Positions 9,022-18,001 of a DNA stretch of 64,000 bases are shown here, piece by piece. The stretch spans positions 3,188 through 67,187 of the IMG/VR virus record IMGVR_UViG_3300042280_000089. One strand, 5' to 3'. This stretch comes from a virus (Duplodnaviria > Caudoviricetes). A program made the translations under genes and the position numbers. How positions within the stretch are numbered: the stretch's first letter is position 1; every line of letters begins with the position of its first letter. Below the pieces are notes generated by a model. That model searched no databases. It was not told where the DNA came from and worked only from the letters and a program-made list of their open reading frames with translations.

Positions 9022-9242
9022 GCCGGAACAGCGCGAGACATAACCAGCTCGCTGTAGGCGTAGATGTCTGACAGTCGGAAACGCACCGGGGAGAACTGGG
9101 TCGGCTTTTCTTTAAAGCCTTTCGGGAAGTCTGGATCATTTTTCCGACGCAGATCCAGTTCTGAAATGCTAATGCCCAGGATGTTAGCAGCTTGGGCTTT
9201 ACCGATCTGAATGTACTGAGGGTCAATGCCGTTAAAGTTCAT
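9018..9242 (-). CDS. AlpA-family excisionase / recombination directionality factor
   Basis: 74-aa HTH with DPDFPK and VRFRLSDI motifs; convergent with int, stops overlapping by 4 nt. Confidence 0.8.
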   Translation of the reverse strand: MNFNGIDPQYIQIGKAQAANILGISISELDLRRKNDPDFPKGFKEKPTQFSPVRFRLSDIYAYSELVMSRAVPA

Positions 9243-9257
9243 TGTAATGCTCCTTCG

Positions 9258-9281
9258 AAAAAGCCCCTGTAAAAGGGGCTT
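9258..9281 (-). terminator. terminator-like hairpin upstream of the excisionase
   Basis: AAGCCCCT/AGGGGCTT stem with a short U tract on the minus strand. Confidence 0.55.
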
Positions 9282-9293
9282 ATCGTTGTATGT

Positions 9294-9572
9294 TTACGGG
9301 TAAGTCCAAAGGAGCTTACCTGACAGAGTGTTATTCCAGGTGTCGTAGTACGTGGGTGTTGCTTCTTTACTGCGTTCCCAATTCTTACGCCGTACTTTGA
9401 AGCCGACTGGCTTATCCAGACAGTACGTCTTCTTATCCGGGCCTGTCGTAAAGGGAATATACGCAGGCACCTGAATCAGCAGTGGACAATCAACTGGAGG
9501 CAGTTCTTTGTTCCAATGCGTGATCAGGTGGATGTCATGTACGACACTTTCTACTGATGGGTACACGATCAA
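9294..9572 (-). CDS. hypothetical protein
   Basis: 92-aa ORF coupled to thyX. Confidence 0.6.
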   Translation of the reverse strand: MIVYPSVESVVHDIHLITHWNKELPPVDCPLLIQVPAYIPFTTGPDKKTYCLDKPVGFKVRRKNWERSKEATPTYYDTWNNTLSGKLLWTYP

Positions 9573-10309
9573 TATTCTCCGCGTGTCAGGGCTGCCCAGC
9601 TAACCGGATAAAGCGGTGCGATGATCTCATCGACCTGTTTTGCCAGTTCCTGGATTTCCTTTTGAGCATGGCTGTCGCTGCGCTGATTGTAGAAATTAGC
9701 GTAAGCGTACAGTGAACCAGTCCAGACCCAATTCACTTCGGTGCCCTGAGGCAGGAAAAAACGGGCCTGTTCAGGGCAGATGCCAGCTTCAATAGCGCCC
9801 AGGTAATTATTCACAGCGGCTTCACAGGTGCTGCGGTAATTCTCCATCCAATACTCATTGTCTTCGTGTGGCTCGTCAGCAGAGCCTTGCTTCACGTTGG
9901 CTGCTGCTTTGCGGAAGTACTCCGGGAAGAAGAACTCTGGTTCGGTCTTGATGTAGCGGCGTGACTCTTCTGACTCCACAAGGCCAATTTTGTGTTTGAA
10001 AGCCTGTCGGGCAATCGGTACCGGCGCCTGCATTCGCAGTGTGATATGGGGGTGTCCAAACGGTACCCAATGCTCAGGAATATTTCTCAGGTAGACCGCG
10101 AGTTCACGCAGCTGATCGAAGTCCTTGGCCAGCCCCATTTTAGTAATAAGGGCTTCCCAGTCATCCGTTTTCATACCACGTGCCAGAAAACGCACCAGTT
10201 TATGGTTATCTTCATCAGAGAATTGAGACGCCAGTTTACCGAATGACTGGCGGGCAAAATTGGCGACGTCGTTATCAGTCAGGTAGTGAGAAATGTATTC
10301 TGCTTTCAT
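9569..10309 (-). CDS. thyX: FAD-dependent thymidylate synthase
   Basis: ARQAFKHK...ESEESRRY ThyX motif; PEQARFFLPQ; RSDSHAQKEI. Confidence 0.92.
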   Translation of the reverse strand: MKAEYISHYLTDNDVANFARQSFGKLASQFSDEDNHKLVRFLARGMKTDDWEALITKMGLAKDFDQLRELAVYLRNIPEHWVPFGHPHITLRMQAPVPIARQAFKHKIGLVESEESRRYIKTEPEFFFPEYFRKAAANVKQGSADEPHEDNEYWMENYRSTCEAAVNNYLGAIEAGICPEQARFFLPQGTEVNWVWTGSLYAYANFYNQRSDSHAQKEIQELAKQVDEIIAPLYPVSWAALTRGEY

Positions 10310-10536
10310 TGTACAGCCTCCCGCAGGTGTTCAGTGGTAATCAGTACACCGTAGAGTGTGATTGCATCACAGTGCGGTACGAGTGCCACCGGCAGATAGA
10401 AATTGAGTTCGTCAATCAGCTGCTGCATCTCATCACGGGTAACGTGGATATACTTGATAGAACGATTTTCTTGGCTGGCTTGTTTGATGACATCTTCAAC
10501 CTGTTCCAACATGCTACGAGTAAAAACTACTTCCAT
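10306..10536 (-). CDS. hypothetical protein
   Basis: SD GGAG before ATG 10536; coupled to thyX. Confidence 0.55.
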   Translation of the reverse strand: MEVVFTRSMLEQVEDVIKQASQENRSIKYIHVTRDEMQQLIDELNFYLPVALVPHCDAITLYGVLITTEHLREAVQ

Positions 10537-10726
10537 TTGATACTCCTGATAAAAGACTGGTTTCGTTACTGACGTCATCTTCGTAATCCCAATCATCTAC
10601 ACGATCAGGATGACTGTGGTGACGTATACTTTTTTTAAGTTGTTGGAGATACCGCTGTTTTTCTACAGCAGCCTCCTGTTTGAGAAGATGATATTCAGTA
10701 TCGTCCTCATAGATGTGCCTCATCAT
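10514..10726 (-). CDS. hypothetical protein
   Basis: 70-aa ORF with SD GGAGG. Confidence 0.5.
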   Translation of the reverse strand: MMRHIYEDDTEYHLLKQEAAVEKQRYLQQLKKSIRHHSHPDRVDDWDYEDDVSNETSLLSGVSNGSSFYS

Positions 10727-11177
10727 GTCCTCCTACCGGAATGACAATAAAACGCGGAACCCGTTGGACATTTATAAGCGTCGGGGTGGTTACGTCTGCC
10801 CAATCCTTATAGAGATCCGCCAAGCTCATCTCAGGTAGTGGTTCTTTCTCAATGTGTTGCTCAGCTAACCATTCGTTAATGTGTGAAGCAGCTGTGGTGT
10901 GAGAAATACCATATTTATGAGCCAGTGAACGTAGTGATATGCCGTCTTCCAGTAGCTGCAGGATGATGTCCCGATCCTCTACAAAAGACTTTACAGCTTC
11001 AATGCGAGGGTCTTTTCTTGGAGGCAATCCAAGGCGCCGCCGTACTCGGCACAGATTGCTTTTTATGTACTTCGGCGTGGTTTTGAAATGCTTGGCAATA
11101 TCATTCATTGAAGTGTGTGCGTAATACATGTCCAGCATGGTTTGCACACGCGGCGATACTGAATGCTTTTTAGGCAT
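10707..11177 (-). CDS. putative HTH DNA-binding protein
   Basis: Two HTH-like segments (MNDIAKHFKTTPKYIK; SLRSLAHKYGISHTTA). Confidence 0.55.
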   Translation of the reverse strand: MPKKHSVSPRVQTMLDMYYAHTSMNDIAKHFKTTPKYIKSNLCRVRRRLGLPPRKDPRIEAVKSFVEDRDIILQLLEDGISLRSLAHKYGISHTTAASHINEWLAEQHIEKEPLPEMSLADLYKDWADVTTPTLINVQRVPRFIVIPVGGHDEAHL

Positions 11178-11183
11178 GGTGAA

Positions 11184-11393
11184 CTACTTGACTCGACGTG
11201 AAGCTAAGCGCTTAAACGCTTCCAGGTCTGCTTCCAGTTCGTAGGGCTGGTCGTGCAACACAAAACGTTGTTGCCCCATCTGAGCAATGACGGAATCGGA
11301 TGTGATGGTGATCGATGTACCTGTCCCTAAATACTGACGGAGCCGACGAATCGATTCCGCAGCATGGGACAGGGGATTAATGAAATATGTCAT
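11184..11393 (-). CDS. hypothetical protein
   Basis: 69-aa ORF coupled to its neighbour. Confidence 0.5.
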   Translation of the reverse strand: MTYFINPLSHAAESIRRLRQYLGTGTSITITSDSVIAQMGQQRFVLHDQPYELEADLEAFKRLASRRVK

Positions 11394-11683
11394 CAGGATC
11401 CCCGTGCGTGTACAGCTGCCTGGGCCATGAGTCCAAAGTACGCTGCACCGTCTTCATAATTGTCTAGTTTGAAATCGCCTTGCTGGCTTCGTACAGCCTT
11501 CAGGAGCACCATAAACAACCACCCTTGTTCATCGGTCAGGGTGTGGCCTGTAATGGCATTGAAGGCAGCTACGGTTGCAGGAATGGAGTTCTCTCCATCA
11601 GGTGAATCGTAGGTAGCGGCACGATCTTTCATATGATCGATGCCTTTTTGCAGGACGGCGATTGGGATGTTCAGGTGTTCCAT
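11393..11683 (-). CDS. DUF6378-like phage protein
   Basis: DRAATYDSP...FMVLLKAVR...DNYEDGAAY pattern. Confidence 0.7.
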   Translation of the reverse strand: MEHLNIPIAVLQKGIDHMKDRAATYDSPDGENSIPATVAAFNAITGHTLTDEQGWLFMVLLKAVRSQQGDFKLDNYEDGAAYFGLMAQAAVHARGS

Positions 11684-11889
11684 TAAGCGCGTCCTCGCTT
11701 ACGGTCGCGTTCCCAATCCATTGCACAGTCCGGGTCGCAGAATAGCTGCTGAGAGTTATGCAGGGGTTCTGAGCACCAATGACAGCAGCCCACCGGCAGC
11801 AGCTCTCGCGGCTGATTGCGGATCGCATCGGTGCGCAGCTTCAACAGGGTTTCTTCGGTGTCAAAGGTATTTTCAATAAAGTCAGGCAT
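11683..11889 (-). CDS. small Zn-ribbon protein (DUF2116-like)
   Basis: CHWCSEP...FCDPDC; start moved to ATG 11889. Confidence 0.6.
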   Translation of the reverse strand: MPDFIENTFDTEETLLKLRTDAIRNQPRELLPVGCCHWCSEPLHNSQQLFCDPDCAMDWERDRKRGRA

Positions 11890-12334
11890 GAGATCCTTCC
11901 ATAAACAGCTTAGGAAAATCACGGAAAGGGAGTCGTAACGCTTTGGTACTGATCGAGCCCCACATCCCTGCATCTTGTTTGTCGATGAATGATTGACAGG
12001 ATGTCAGCAGGTCATTCTCAGTATGGCGGGAAATTGAGACGTTCAGCTTGAGTGTTTTGCACCGGTTATAGACCGAGTGTATTGGACGTCCTAATTTTTT
12101 TGAGATGACTTCAATTGGTTCGTTAGCTTGAACCAGACTCTTTAATCGCTTGTCCGCTTGACGTGTCCAACGCTTATGATCAGGGCGTGGAATAATACTA
12201 ATGCCTAAATAACAGGCACGTTGCCGGACAGCATTACCAGTACGTCCCAGAATTTCAGCAATAGCTACTGAGCCAATACCTTGTTTGGCTAATTCCATTA
12301 GTAGCTCATCGTCTTCTGGTTTCCAGACTTTCAT
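11882..12334 (-). CDS. Myb/HTH-repeat protein
   Basis: Two repeats of W(K/T)xxxD...LG RTxxAV. Confidence 0.55.
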   Translation of the reverse strand: MKVWKPEDDELLMELAKQGIGSVAIAEILGRTGNAVRQRACYLGISIIPRPDHKRWTRQADKRLKSLVQANEPIEVISKKLGRPIHSVYNRCKTLKLNVSISRHTENDLLTSCQSFIDKQDAGMWGSISTKALRLPFRDFPKLFMEGSHA

Positions 12335-12822
12335 GTAGCTCGCTCTCCCCGATAAACAGCACCAGTCTCTGGGTCTTTATACCGGTCAAATGCTCCAATG
12401 GAGTCAAATATCCGATATGCCTCTTCTTCTGAAAAATCGTAACCAAAAGGAGAAGCAACCCAAGCGGCGCCTATATACCATTTTGAATTCATTCGCTTAA
12501 TGACCTGCTGATGCTGGTCTTCTAAAAAGGGAATGAGATCGGTTTGGTAATAATAATCAGGGGATATAACGATGTCACCCATAACAAAGTTTTCGCCGTC
12601 TTTTTTACCCAGCGCAGCCAGATAAACAGACCATTTGTATGGGAGTGTGGTAATGAGCGAGTAGTTTATTGAATGAACAACTTCTCGTTTAAGGGTTTTT
12701 CGATTGAGTAATATGCAATTCGGTTCTCCTGTTGTATAGGCGATAACACTGTTTTTGAGTAAGTGCTGTGCAAGGAGTCGTTTTCGCTTATATGGACTAT
12801 GCCCTTTACGTTTGTTTGACAT
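12331..12822 (-). CDS. hypothetical phage protein
   Basis: 163-aa ORF directly after the DNA polymerase terminator. Confidence 0.65.
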   Translation of the reverse strand: MSNKRKGHSPYKRKRLLAQHLLKNSVIAYTTGEPNCILLNRKTLKREVVHSINYSLITTLPYKWSVYLAALGKKDGENFVMGDIVISPDYYYQTDLIPFLEDQHQQVIKRMNSKWYIGAAWVASPFGYDFSEEEAYRIFDSIGAFDRYKDPETGAVYRGERAT

Positions 12823-12849
12823 GATTCTCTACTACATGAATCAATTAAT

Positions 12850-12872
12850 AAAAAGCCCTGCATTGCAGGGCT
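12850..12872 (-). terminator. intrinsic terminator after DNA polymerase
   Basis: AGCCCTGCA/TGCAGGGCT stem with a U tract. Confidence 0.75.
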
Positions 12873-12908
12873 ATTGACGAGTATTGCGGCGCAACCGTCG
12901 GAGACGGG

Positions 12909-15530
12909 CTAAGCGGCTTTAGCTGATTCTGCGCCTTGACAGATATTGAGGATTTCATCCTCAGTGGCACCATTGGGTAGCGTGATTTCCTGTGCCCAAC
13001 TGGGGTAGAACACAGACAGCTCGCCGCCCAATTTCACCTCTGGATGCTTGATTTCCTCCAGCTCCTGCCACTGCATACATTCCACTAAGTTGTCGTTCAA
13101 CCATTTCATGACACTCAGATCATCTTTCACCATGAAATACTGGGCATCGTGAATGTGTGCAATGGGCCGAATCAGCAACCGGTGAGGGCTATTGAAAGTC
13201 CGTTCCTGCAGATCAATAGCCGCACGGTTATTCAGCAAGCCATAGGACTGACCCAGTGCGTTACCGGCTGTCCTGGCTTCAGCTGAGGCTTCGTAAGGAG
13301 TATTTGAATGCCCAAGAATGACTTGTTTCAGTAGCGGTGTACGTAAACGTAAACCAAAGGCTACTGTGACATAGCCGTCTTTAGATGCCTGCTGAAGTTT
13401 GCCTTGTACCCACTCATCCGATTCGGCGTACATTTCATGGTAAGCCGCTTCGATCCGCTTGGCTTTCTCTTCTGGCCAACCCAGGTTTTTCATCATGCCA
13501 TGATAGGTACCTCCGTATGTCAGCAGGAAGGTCGGTGCTTTGGAGTCTTGTCTAAGATCCGGGTATTTGTCTTTGATACTGTTAATGGACTCTGCTGTTT
13601 CTTTAATGTCCGGCATCTGATCCCCGAAGTAGTAGTAGGCACGTAAGCAGTGACCATCGTATCCTTCGGTATACACACGTAGCTTATTGGTGTCCTTAGT
13701 GGTCAGTGCGCTGATGCGATCTTCCAGTGACGCAAAGTCAGCGCCACAGAACAACCATCCTGGGGGTGCCTGAAAACAGGACTTGATCAGCTTGGCGTAG
13801 CGGGAACCGGTTGACGGCAGGTTCTGCAGATTCGGGCCGGATGAACTTAATCGACCGGAAACCGTACCGCCCAGATTGAAATTCCCGTGCAGGTAATGCC
13901 AGCCATCTTCTTTCTGAACAGCTTTCTCCATTGCAGTAATGAAGGTACCCAGGATCTTGTCAGCTTCAAAGAACCGCATGAGTGTCTGAAGCAGCTCAAT
14001 GTGCGCTTGGTTGTCGGTATGGTTTTGTAGCTTCTTGAGCGTCTTGGCACCTGTTGCCGGTTGCTTGGAATCGGTCAGATCCAGAACAGGTAACTGGAGT
14101 TGTTCGTACAACAGCACCTGAAGTTGCGGAACTGAGTTGGGATTAAATGCCACCTTGGGAAAGGTTGCACGATCCTTGGGCTGAATCTTGTCTGGATTAT
14201 TTGCCTTGGCTTTACGGCTTTCGTAGTCACTAACCCAGGCCCGTTCGGTCAAGGTGTACTCCAGTTGCTGGATCATCGGACTGCTTGTGAAGTACTGGTT
14301 ACATTTCGCAATCTCGTGTTCCAGTTCTTTACGCGCCTCTTTGACCTTCTCCATATTCAATGGCATTCCGGTCAGCTCCATCTGCAAGATGACAGCGACA
14401 GAGGGCAAGAAAATGTCCTGATACACCGATTCCTGCTGGTCAGCCAGCATCGTCGGATAGTGCTTGGTGAACACATACCAGGTGGACAGGCAGTCTACCA
14501 GGTTGTACTCCAGCAGATCCGAGAGAGGAATCTGCGTGATGTCATCGATACTGTCTTGAGCATAGTTGCCTGCAAACTCGTGGGCCTGTTCTTTCAGGCT
14601 CAGTTTGTTACCGGCAGTGGAATTGGTTGCCAGATACGTGATGAGCTTGGTGTCATGGAATCGCCGGGTCATGATCTCGATGCCCCGTTGCTTACCTTCT
14701 TCATCCAATAAGCTGCGCATCCATAGACTGTTGATGATCACCTTCATGTCGAAGTTGGCGTTATGCCAAATGAGGGTGCCTTGGTAGGTTTCAAAGAACT
14801 CCTGCAACAGGTGCTCAACAGCCAGATCACGGATCCAGCTGACACTTGAACTCAGGCGATTGGTGTTCACACCAAAGGCAATACCGTTGTGCTGATCCCA
14901 CGCAAAGGCGATAGTGGCAATACCTGATTCCCAGAAATTCAGGGAATAGGTTTCAATGTCACATGCCAGCATCGGGTGCTGATGCAGCCGCTGCAGCTGC
15001 TCTTTAATCTCTTCAATCGTTTTCGGATAGGCCGCACTGTGAATGATGTTCTGACCCAGCTCGGTGTAAGTGCCGGACATCAGGGATGCCAGTGCTTGAA
15101 CAGACAGGTCGATCTTGGTTTGTAGCTCAGGGTTATAGAACAGTCCCTGATAGTTAGCTGTCAGGACAACCTGAAGGTGTTCATAGCCTGATACTGCACA
15201 AGGCAAGGCATACCCGTAATGCGGTTCCGCCTTGCGTTGCTTTGTCAGCGTTTTGAAATAAGCGCTATCCGCAACAAACAACATCTGCACACCCAGACAA
15301 TCCAAGGATTTCAGCAGCGTACCTAGATAAGACTTCTGCAGTGAAGCAGGTGCCTTGTTGTTCTGATACGCCAGACTGAATGCGATGATTTGATCGGGGG
15401 AAACCCCTTGCTGTTGCAAGGGGCTGACGTAGTGCTCATGCAGCGCACGTTGGTTTAACGCAGACTCTTTAATCAACAGGGCCGTTTTATAGGTACCTGT
15501 CTGTGAAGGTTGGAAAATAACGTGGCGCAT
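12909..15530 (-). CDS. family A DNA polymerase (N4 gp39-like)
   Basis: Exonuclease motifs CDIETY, WHNANFD, YNLVDC; polymerase motifs GRLSSSGPNLQN, ADFASLEDR, RQDSKAPTFLLTYGG, HIHDA. Confidence 0.95.
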   Translation of the reverse strand: MRHVIFQPSQTGTYKTALLIKESALNQRALHEHYVSPLQQQGVSPDQIIAFSLAYQNNKAPASLQKSYLGTLLKSLDCLGVQMLFVADSAYFKTLTKQRKAEPHYGYALPCAVSGYEHLQVVLTANYQGLFYNPELQTKIDLSVQALASLMSGTYTELGQNIIHSAAYPKTIEEIKEQLQRLHQHPMLACDIETYSLNFWESGIATIAFAWDQHNGIAFGVNTNRLSSSVSWIRDLAVEHLLQEFFETYQGTLIWHNANFDMKVIINSLWMRSLLDEEGKQRGIEIMTRRFHDTKLITYLATNSTAGNKLSLKEQAHEFAGNYAQDSIDDITQIPLSDLLEYNLVDCLSTWYVFTKHYPTMLADQQESVYQDIFLPSVAVILQMELTGMPLNMEKVKEARKELEHEIAKCNQYFTSSPMIQQLEYTLTERAWVSDYESRKAKANNPDKIQPKDRATFPKVAFNPNSVPQLQVLLYEQLQLPVLDLTDSKQPATGAKTLKKLQNHTDNQAHIELLQTLMRFFEADKILGTFITAMEKAVQKEDGWHYLHGNFNLGGTVSGRLSSSGPNLQNLPSTGSRYAKLIKSCFQAPPGWLFCGADFASLEDRISALTTKDTNKLRVYTEGYDGHCLRAYYYFGDQMPDIKETAESINSIKDKYPDLRQDSKAPTFLLTYGGTYHGMMKNLGWPEEKAKRIEAAYHEMYAESDEWVQGKLQQASKDGYVTVAFGLRLRTPLLKQVILGHSNTPYEASAEARTAGNALGQSYGLLNNRAAIDLQERTFNSPHRLLIRPIAHIHDAQYFMVKDDLSVMKWLNDNLVECMQWQELEEIKHPEVKLGGELSVFYPSWAQEITLPNGATEDEILNICQGAESAKAA

Positions 15531-15539
15531 AGTGTTACC

Positions 15540-15875
15540 TTACTCAAGCGGTAAAATTATTTCAGTACTCGTGTGCATATCAAAATCACCGGGGCTACCC
15601 AGTTCTTCTATATCACCCTGTTCTTCACCTACCCGAATAAACCCAAACGGAGGATCTGGGTACTGCTCGTTCAGTTTATTTAAGTAATCAGTCACTTCAC
15701 ACACTTCAGGGAAGTCGTCATACCATTTGGTGTACGGAAGAAACCAGTATACAGCGTCATCCTTTACCAGATCAGGTTCCTTTTTAAGTAAGGTAGGCAG
15801 TTTGTTTTTCAGCAACTGATCTTCAAGGTATTGTTCTTTTGTCAGCGCAATAGCGACTGATGAATAGTAACCCAT
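15540..15875 (-). CDS. hypothetical protein
   Basis: 111-aa ORF, MGYYSSV...FIRVGEEQGDIE. Confidence 0.65.
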   Translation of the reverse strand: MGYYSSVAIALTKEQYLEDQLLKNKLPTLLKKEPDLVKDDAVYWFLPYTKWYDDFPEVCEVTDYLNKLNEQYPDPPFGFIRVGEEQGDIEELGSPGDFDMHTSTEIILPLE

Positions 15876-15877
15876 AG

Positions 15878-16411
15878 CTACCTCGTAATTAGGTTAATGA
15901 CCAGATTTTCTTTAATCAGCTGCTCATCGTTTTCATGCCGTTGCTTAAACGCCACCAGATCAGGTTCAGAAATAGTGCGAGGATAGTAATCGCACTGTTT
16001 TTTGATGGCTTGAGGCATTTGACTATGCAGTACGTCGGGTAATACCAGAAAGAGATCGGAAGGGGATTGGCACAGGTTCAATGCCTGTACCAAATAACCG
16101 TGTACAGGTTGCTGATGTTCAATCTCCCATTGATTCCGTTCGTTTTTCCACGCAGTCAGGTCATCCTGCAATGTAGGGTGAAGTCGATTAGGTGCGAAGT
16201 AGGTATACCCGTAGTTTCCATACATGGAATGGAAAAACATGTCATCCCGATAAAACAACTTGTACGTTGTCTTATTCTGGAGTTGATCGTTTGTTTCAAT
16301 GATCTTATCCATGCGTTGGGTAAACGTCTGAAGTGGAACGGAAAATATGTACTGAAGGAAATGGTCGATCATTTCCTTTTTGAAGTTAGGCGGAAATCGG
16401 TAGCGGGACAT
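15878..16411 (-). CDS. hypothetical protein
   Basis: Start moved to ATG 16411 (SD GGAGG); lies between helicase and DNA polymerase. Confidence 0.6.
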   Translation of the reverse strand: MSRYRFPPNFKKEMIDHFLQYIFSVPLQTFTQRMDKIIETNDQLQNKTTYKLFYRDDMFFHSMYGNYGYTYFAPNRLHPTLQDDLTAWKNERNQWEIEHQQPVHGYLVQALNLCQSPSDLFLVLPDVLHSQMPQAIKKQCDYYPRTISEPDLVAFKQRHENDEQLIKENLVINLITR

Positions 16412-17702
16412 GAATACCTCCGTATTTTTCAGGCAACTGCCCATACAGAATGACTCGTTCGGATGCTCGTGAAATAGCGACATACAGCATACGGGCTACT
16501 TCGGAGGGTACGTTGCATCGACCGATATCAGACAGGTCAATGAAGACTTGGCGATAGGTACTGCCTTGGGATTTATGAACGGTACTGGCGTGCAGGGGAC
16601 GCAGGTCTGCCCAGGTCTCCTTTGCAGAAAAGTACTGTAACCATGCGCGCATCTTGGCTGCGCGACGAAGAAAGGTTTTTACCTCATTCTGGCTGTAGGG
16701 CATCCATACTGAGATGCCCCCGTTCAGCTCCAGCGCAATACCGTTAATGCGATGATCCCAAATATCCGGGTAATATTGGGAATACTCACACTCAACGCCG
16801 GTAACGGTGCAGTGCGCATCCGTTGAGAGGACTGTTCCATCTTTCTGAATAATAATGGGCTTATTCGTGATAAGGCGTTCACCCAGATGGACGGGCGCGG
16901 TGTGACCCTGCAACTGGCGTACATAGTCGTTGTACTGGTTCACCCGATCATTCGTCCATGCCAGGATGCGACAGGCATTGTCATCATGTGAGGGTGACTG
17001 ATATGCCTCATCGATCAATGCCTGAAAATCCGGGCCATTCACATGCAGCAGCTGTTTACCGTCAATTGGCAGTTCTGTCGGAAAGGTTCCGGTGATAACT
17101 GCCTGTCGGTACAGATCAGCTGTTTCTTTAATCAGTCCCTGATTGCGATGTACTTGGGTCAGTTTGACTTCAGGGATACTGCCATCGAAAACCGGGGACT
17201 TTTGTCCGCCCAGCATACTCAGCTGGTACGGATCACCGATCATCAGAATTTTGCACTGGTAGGTTTTCTTGCGCAGGTAATCCAGGATCTGGTAATTCAT
17301 GAAGCTGGCTTCATCAACGATGATCAGTGCATGGCGATACATTGACGGGCCTGATCGTGTCGGCTTCAGTACCTGACCACCGGTTGTAAGATCATTTTCG
17401 ACTTTCAACCCTAGCAGCTGGTAGATTGTTTTAGGCTCAGTGCCTGCCAGCTCGGCAATTACTTTGGCCGCTTTATTGGTAGTCGCGGTGACGTGAATAG
17501 CCAGTGACTGATCTTTCGGCGTATTCAACAGCACTTTCAGTAACTGTTCCTGCTGCCGCGCCAATTGCAGCAGGTGAAGGGTCAGTGTTGATTTTCCTGT
17601 CCCGGCAAACCCACTGATGACCAGTTCGGACTTGCCAGGATCCAGCATGAAATCCATGAAAGCATCAGCAGCGGCTTGCTGATCACGAGACAGTTTAAGC
17701 AT
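16386..17702 (-). CDS. SF1 (Dda/RecD-like) DNA helicase
   Basis: GFAGTGKS, IIVDEASF, IGDPYQL, STVHKSQGSTY, YVAISRA motifs. Confidence 0.92.
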   Translation of the reverse strand: MLKLSRDQQAAADAFMDFMLDPGKSELVISGFAGTGKSTLTLHLLQLARQQEQLLKVLLNTPKDQSLAIHVTATTNKAAKVIAELAGTEPKTIYQLLGLKVENDLTTGGQVLKPTRSGPSMYRHALIIVDEASFMNYQILDYLRKKTYQCKILMIGDPYQLSMLGGQKSPVFDGSIPEVKLTQVHRNQGLIKETADLYRQAVITGTFPTELPIDGKQLLHVNGPDFQALIDEAYQSPSHDDNACRILAWTNDRVNQYNDYVRQLQGHTAPVHLGERLITNKPIIIQKDGTVLSTDAHCTVTGVECEYSQYYPDIWDHRINGIALELNGGISVWMPYSQNEVKTFLRRAAKMRAWLQYFSAKETWADLRPLHASTVHKSQGSTYRQVFIDLSDIGRCNVPSEVARMLYVAISRASERVILYGQLPEKYGGIHVPLPISA

Positions 17703-18001
17703 TAAGCAACCTCTTGGGTCAGGTCTTCCGGCAGGTCATCTATCGATACATTGAGCAGGTGAGCCAGCTTGTGGCGCTCATACTCATTGCGGGAGATGAT
17801 CTCAGTGCCGATATGGTGGGAGTAGGGACGAATTTTTCGGTCTACCAGCATCTCAGCTTTGCGCAGGCTTTTGAGGAAAACGAGACCGTCTTCAAAAGGC
17901 AAAACAAGATTTGTAGACCAATCCAGCCGAATAACCATGTAGTTATCCGGCGTGGGTTCAACTTTGCGTTTAGAGCGGGTATTCGATGACTTTGCCATAG
18001 C
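17702..18001 (-). CDS. hypothetical protein
   Basis: About 99-aa ORF coupled to the helicase. Confidence 0.55.
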   Translation of the reverse strand, partial: AMAKSSNTRSKRKVEPTPDNYMVIRLDWSTNLVLPFEDGLVFLKSLRKAEMLVDRKIRPYSHHIGTEIISRNEYERHKLAHLLNVSIDDLPEDLTQEVA

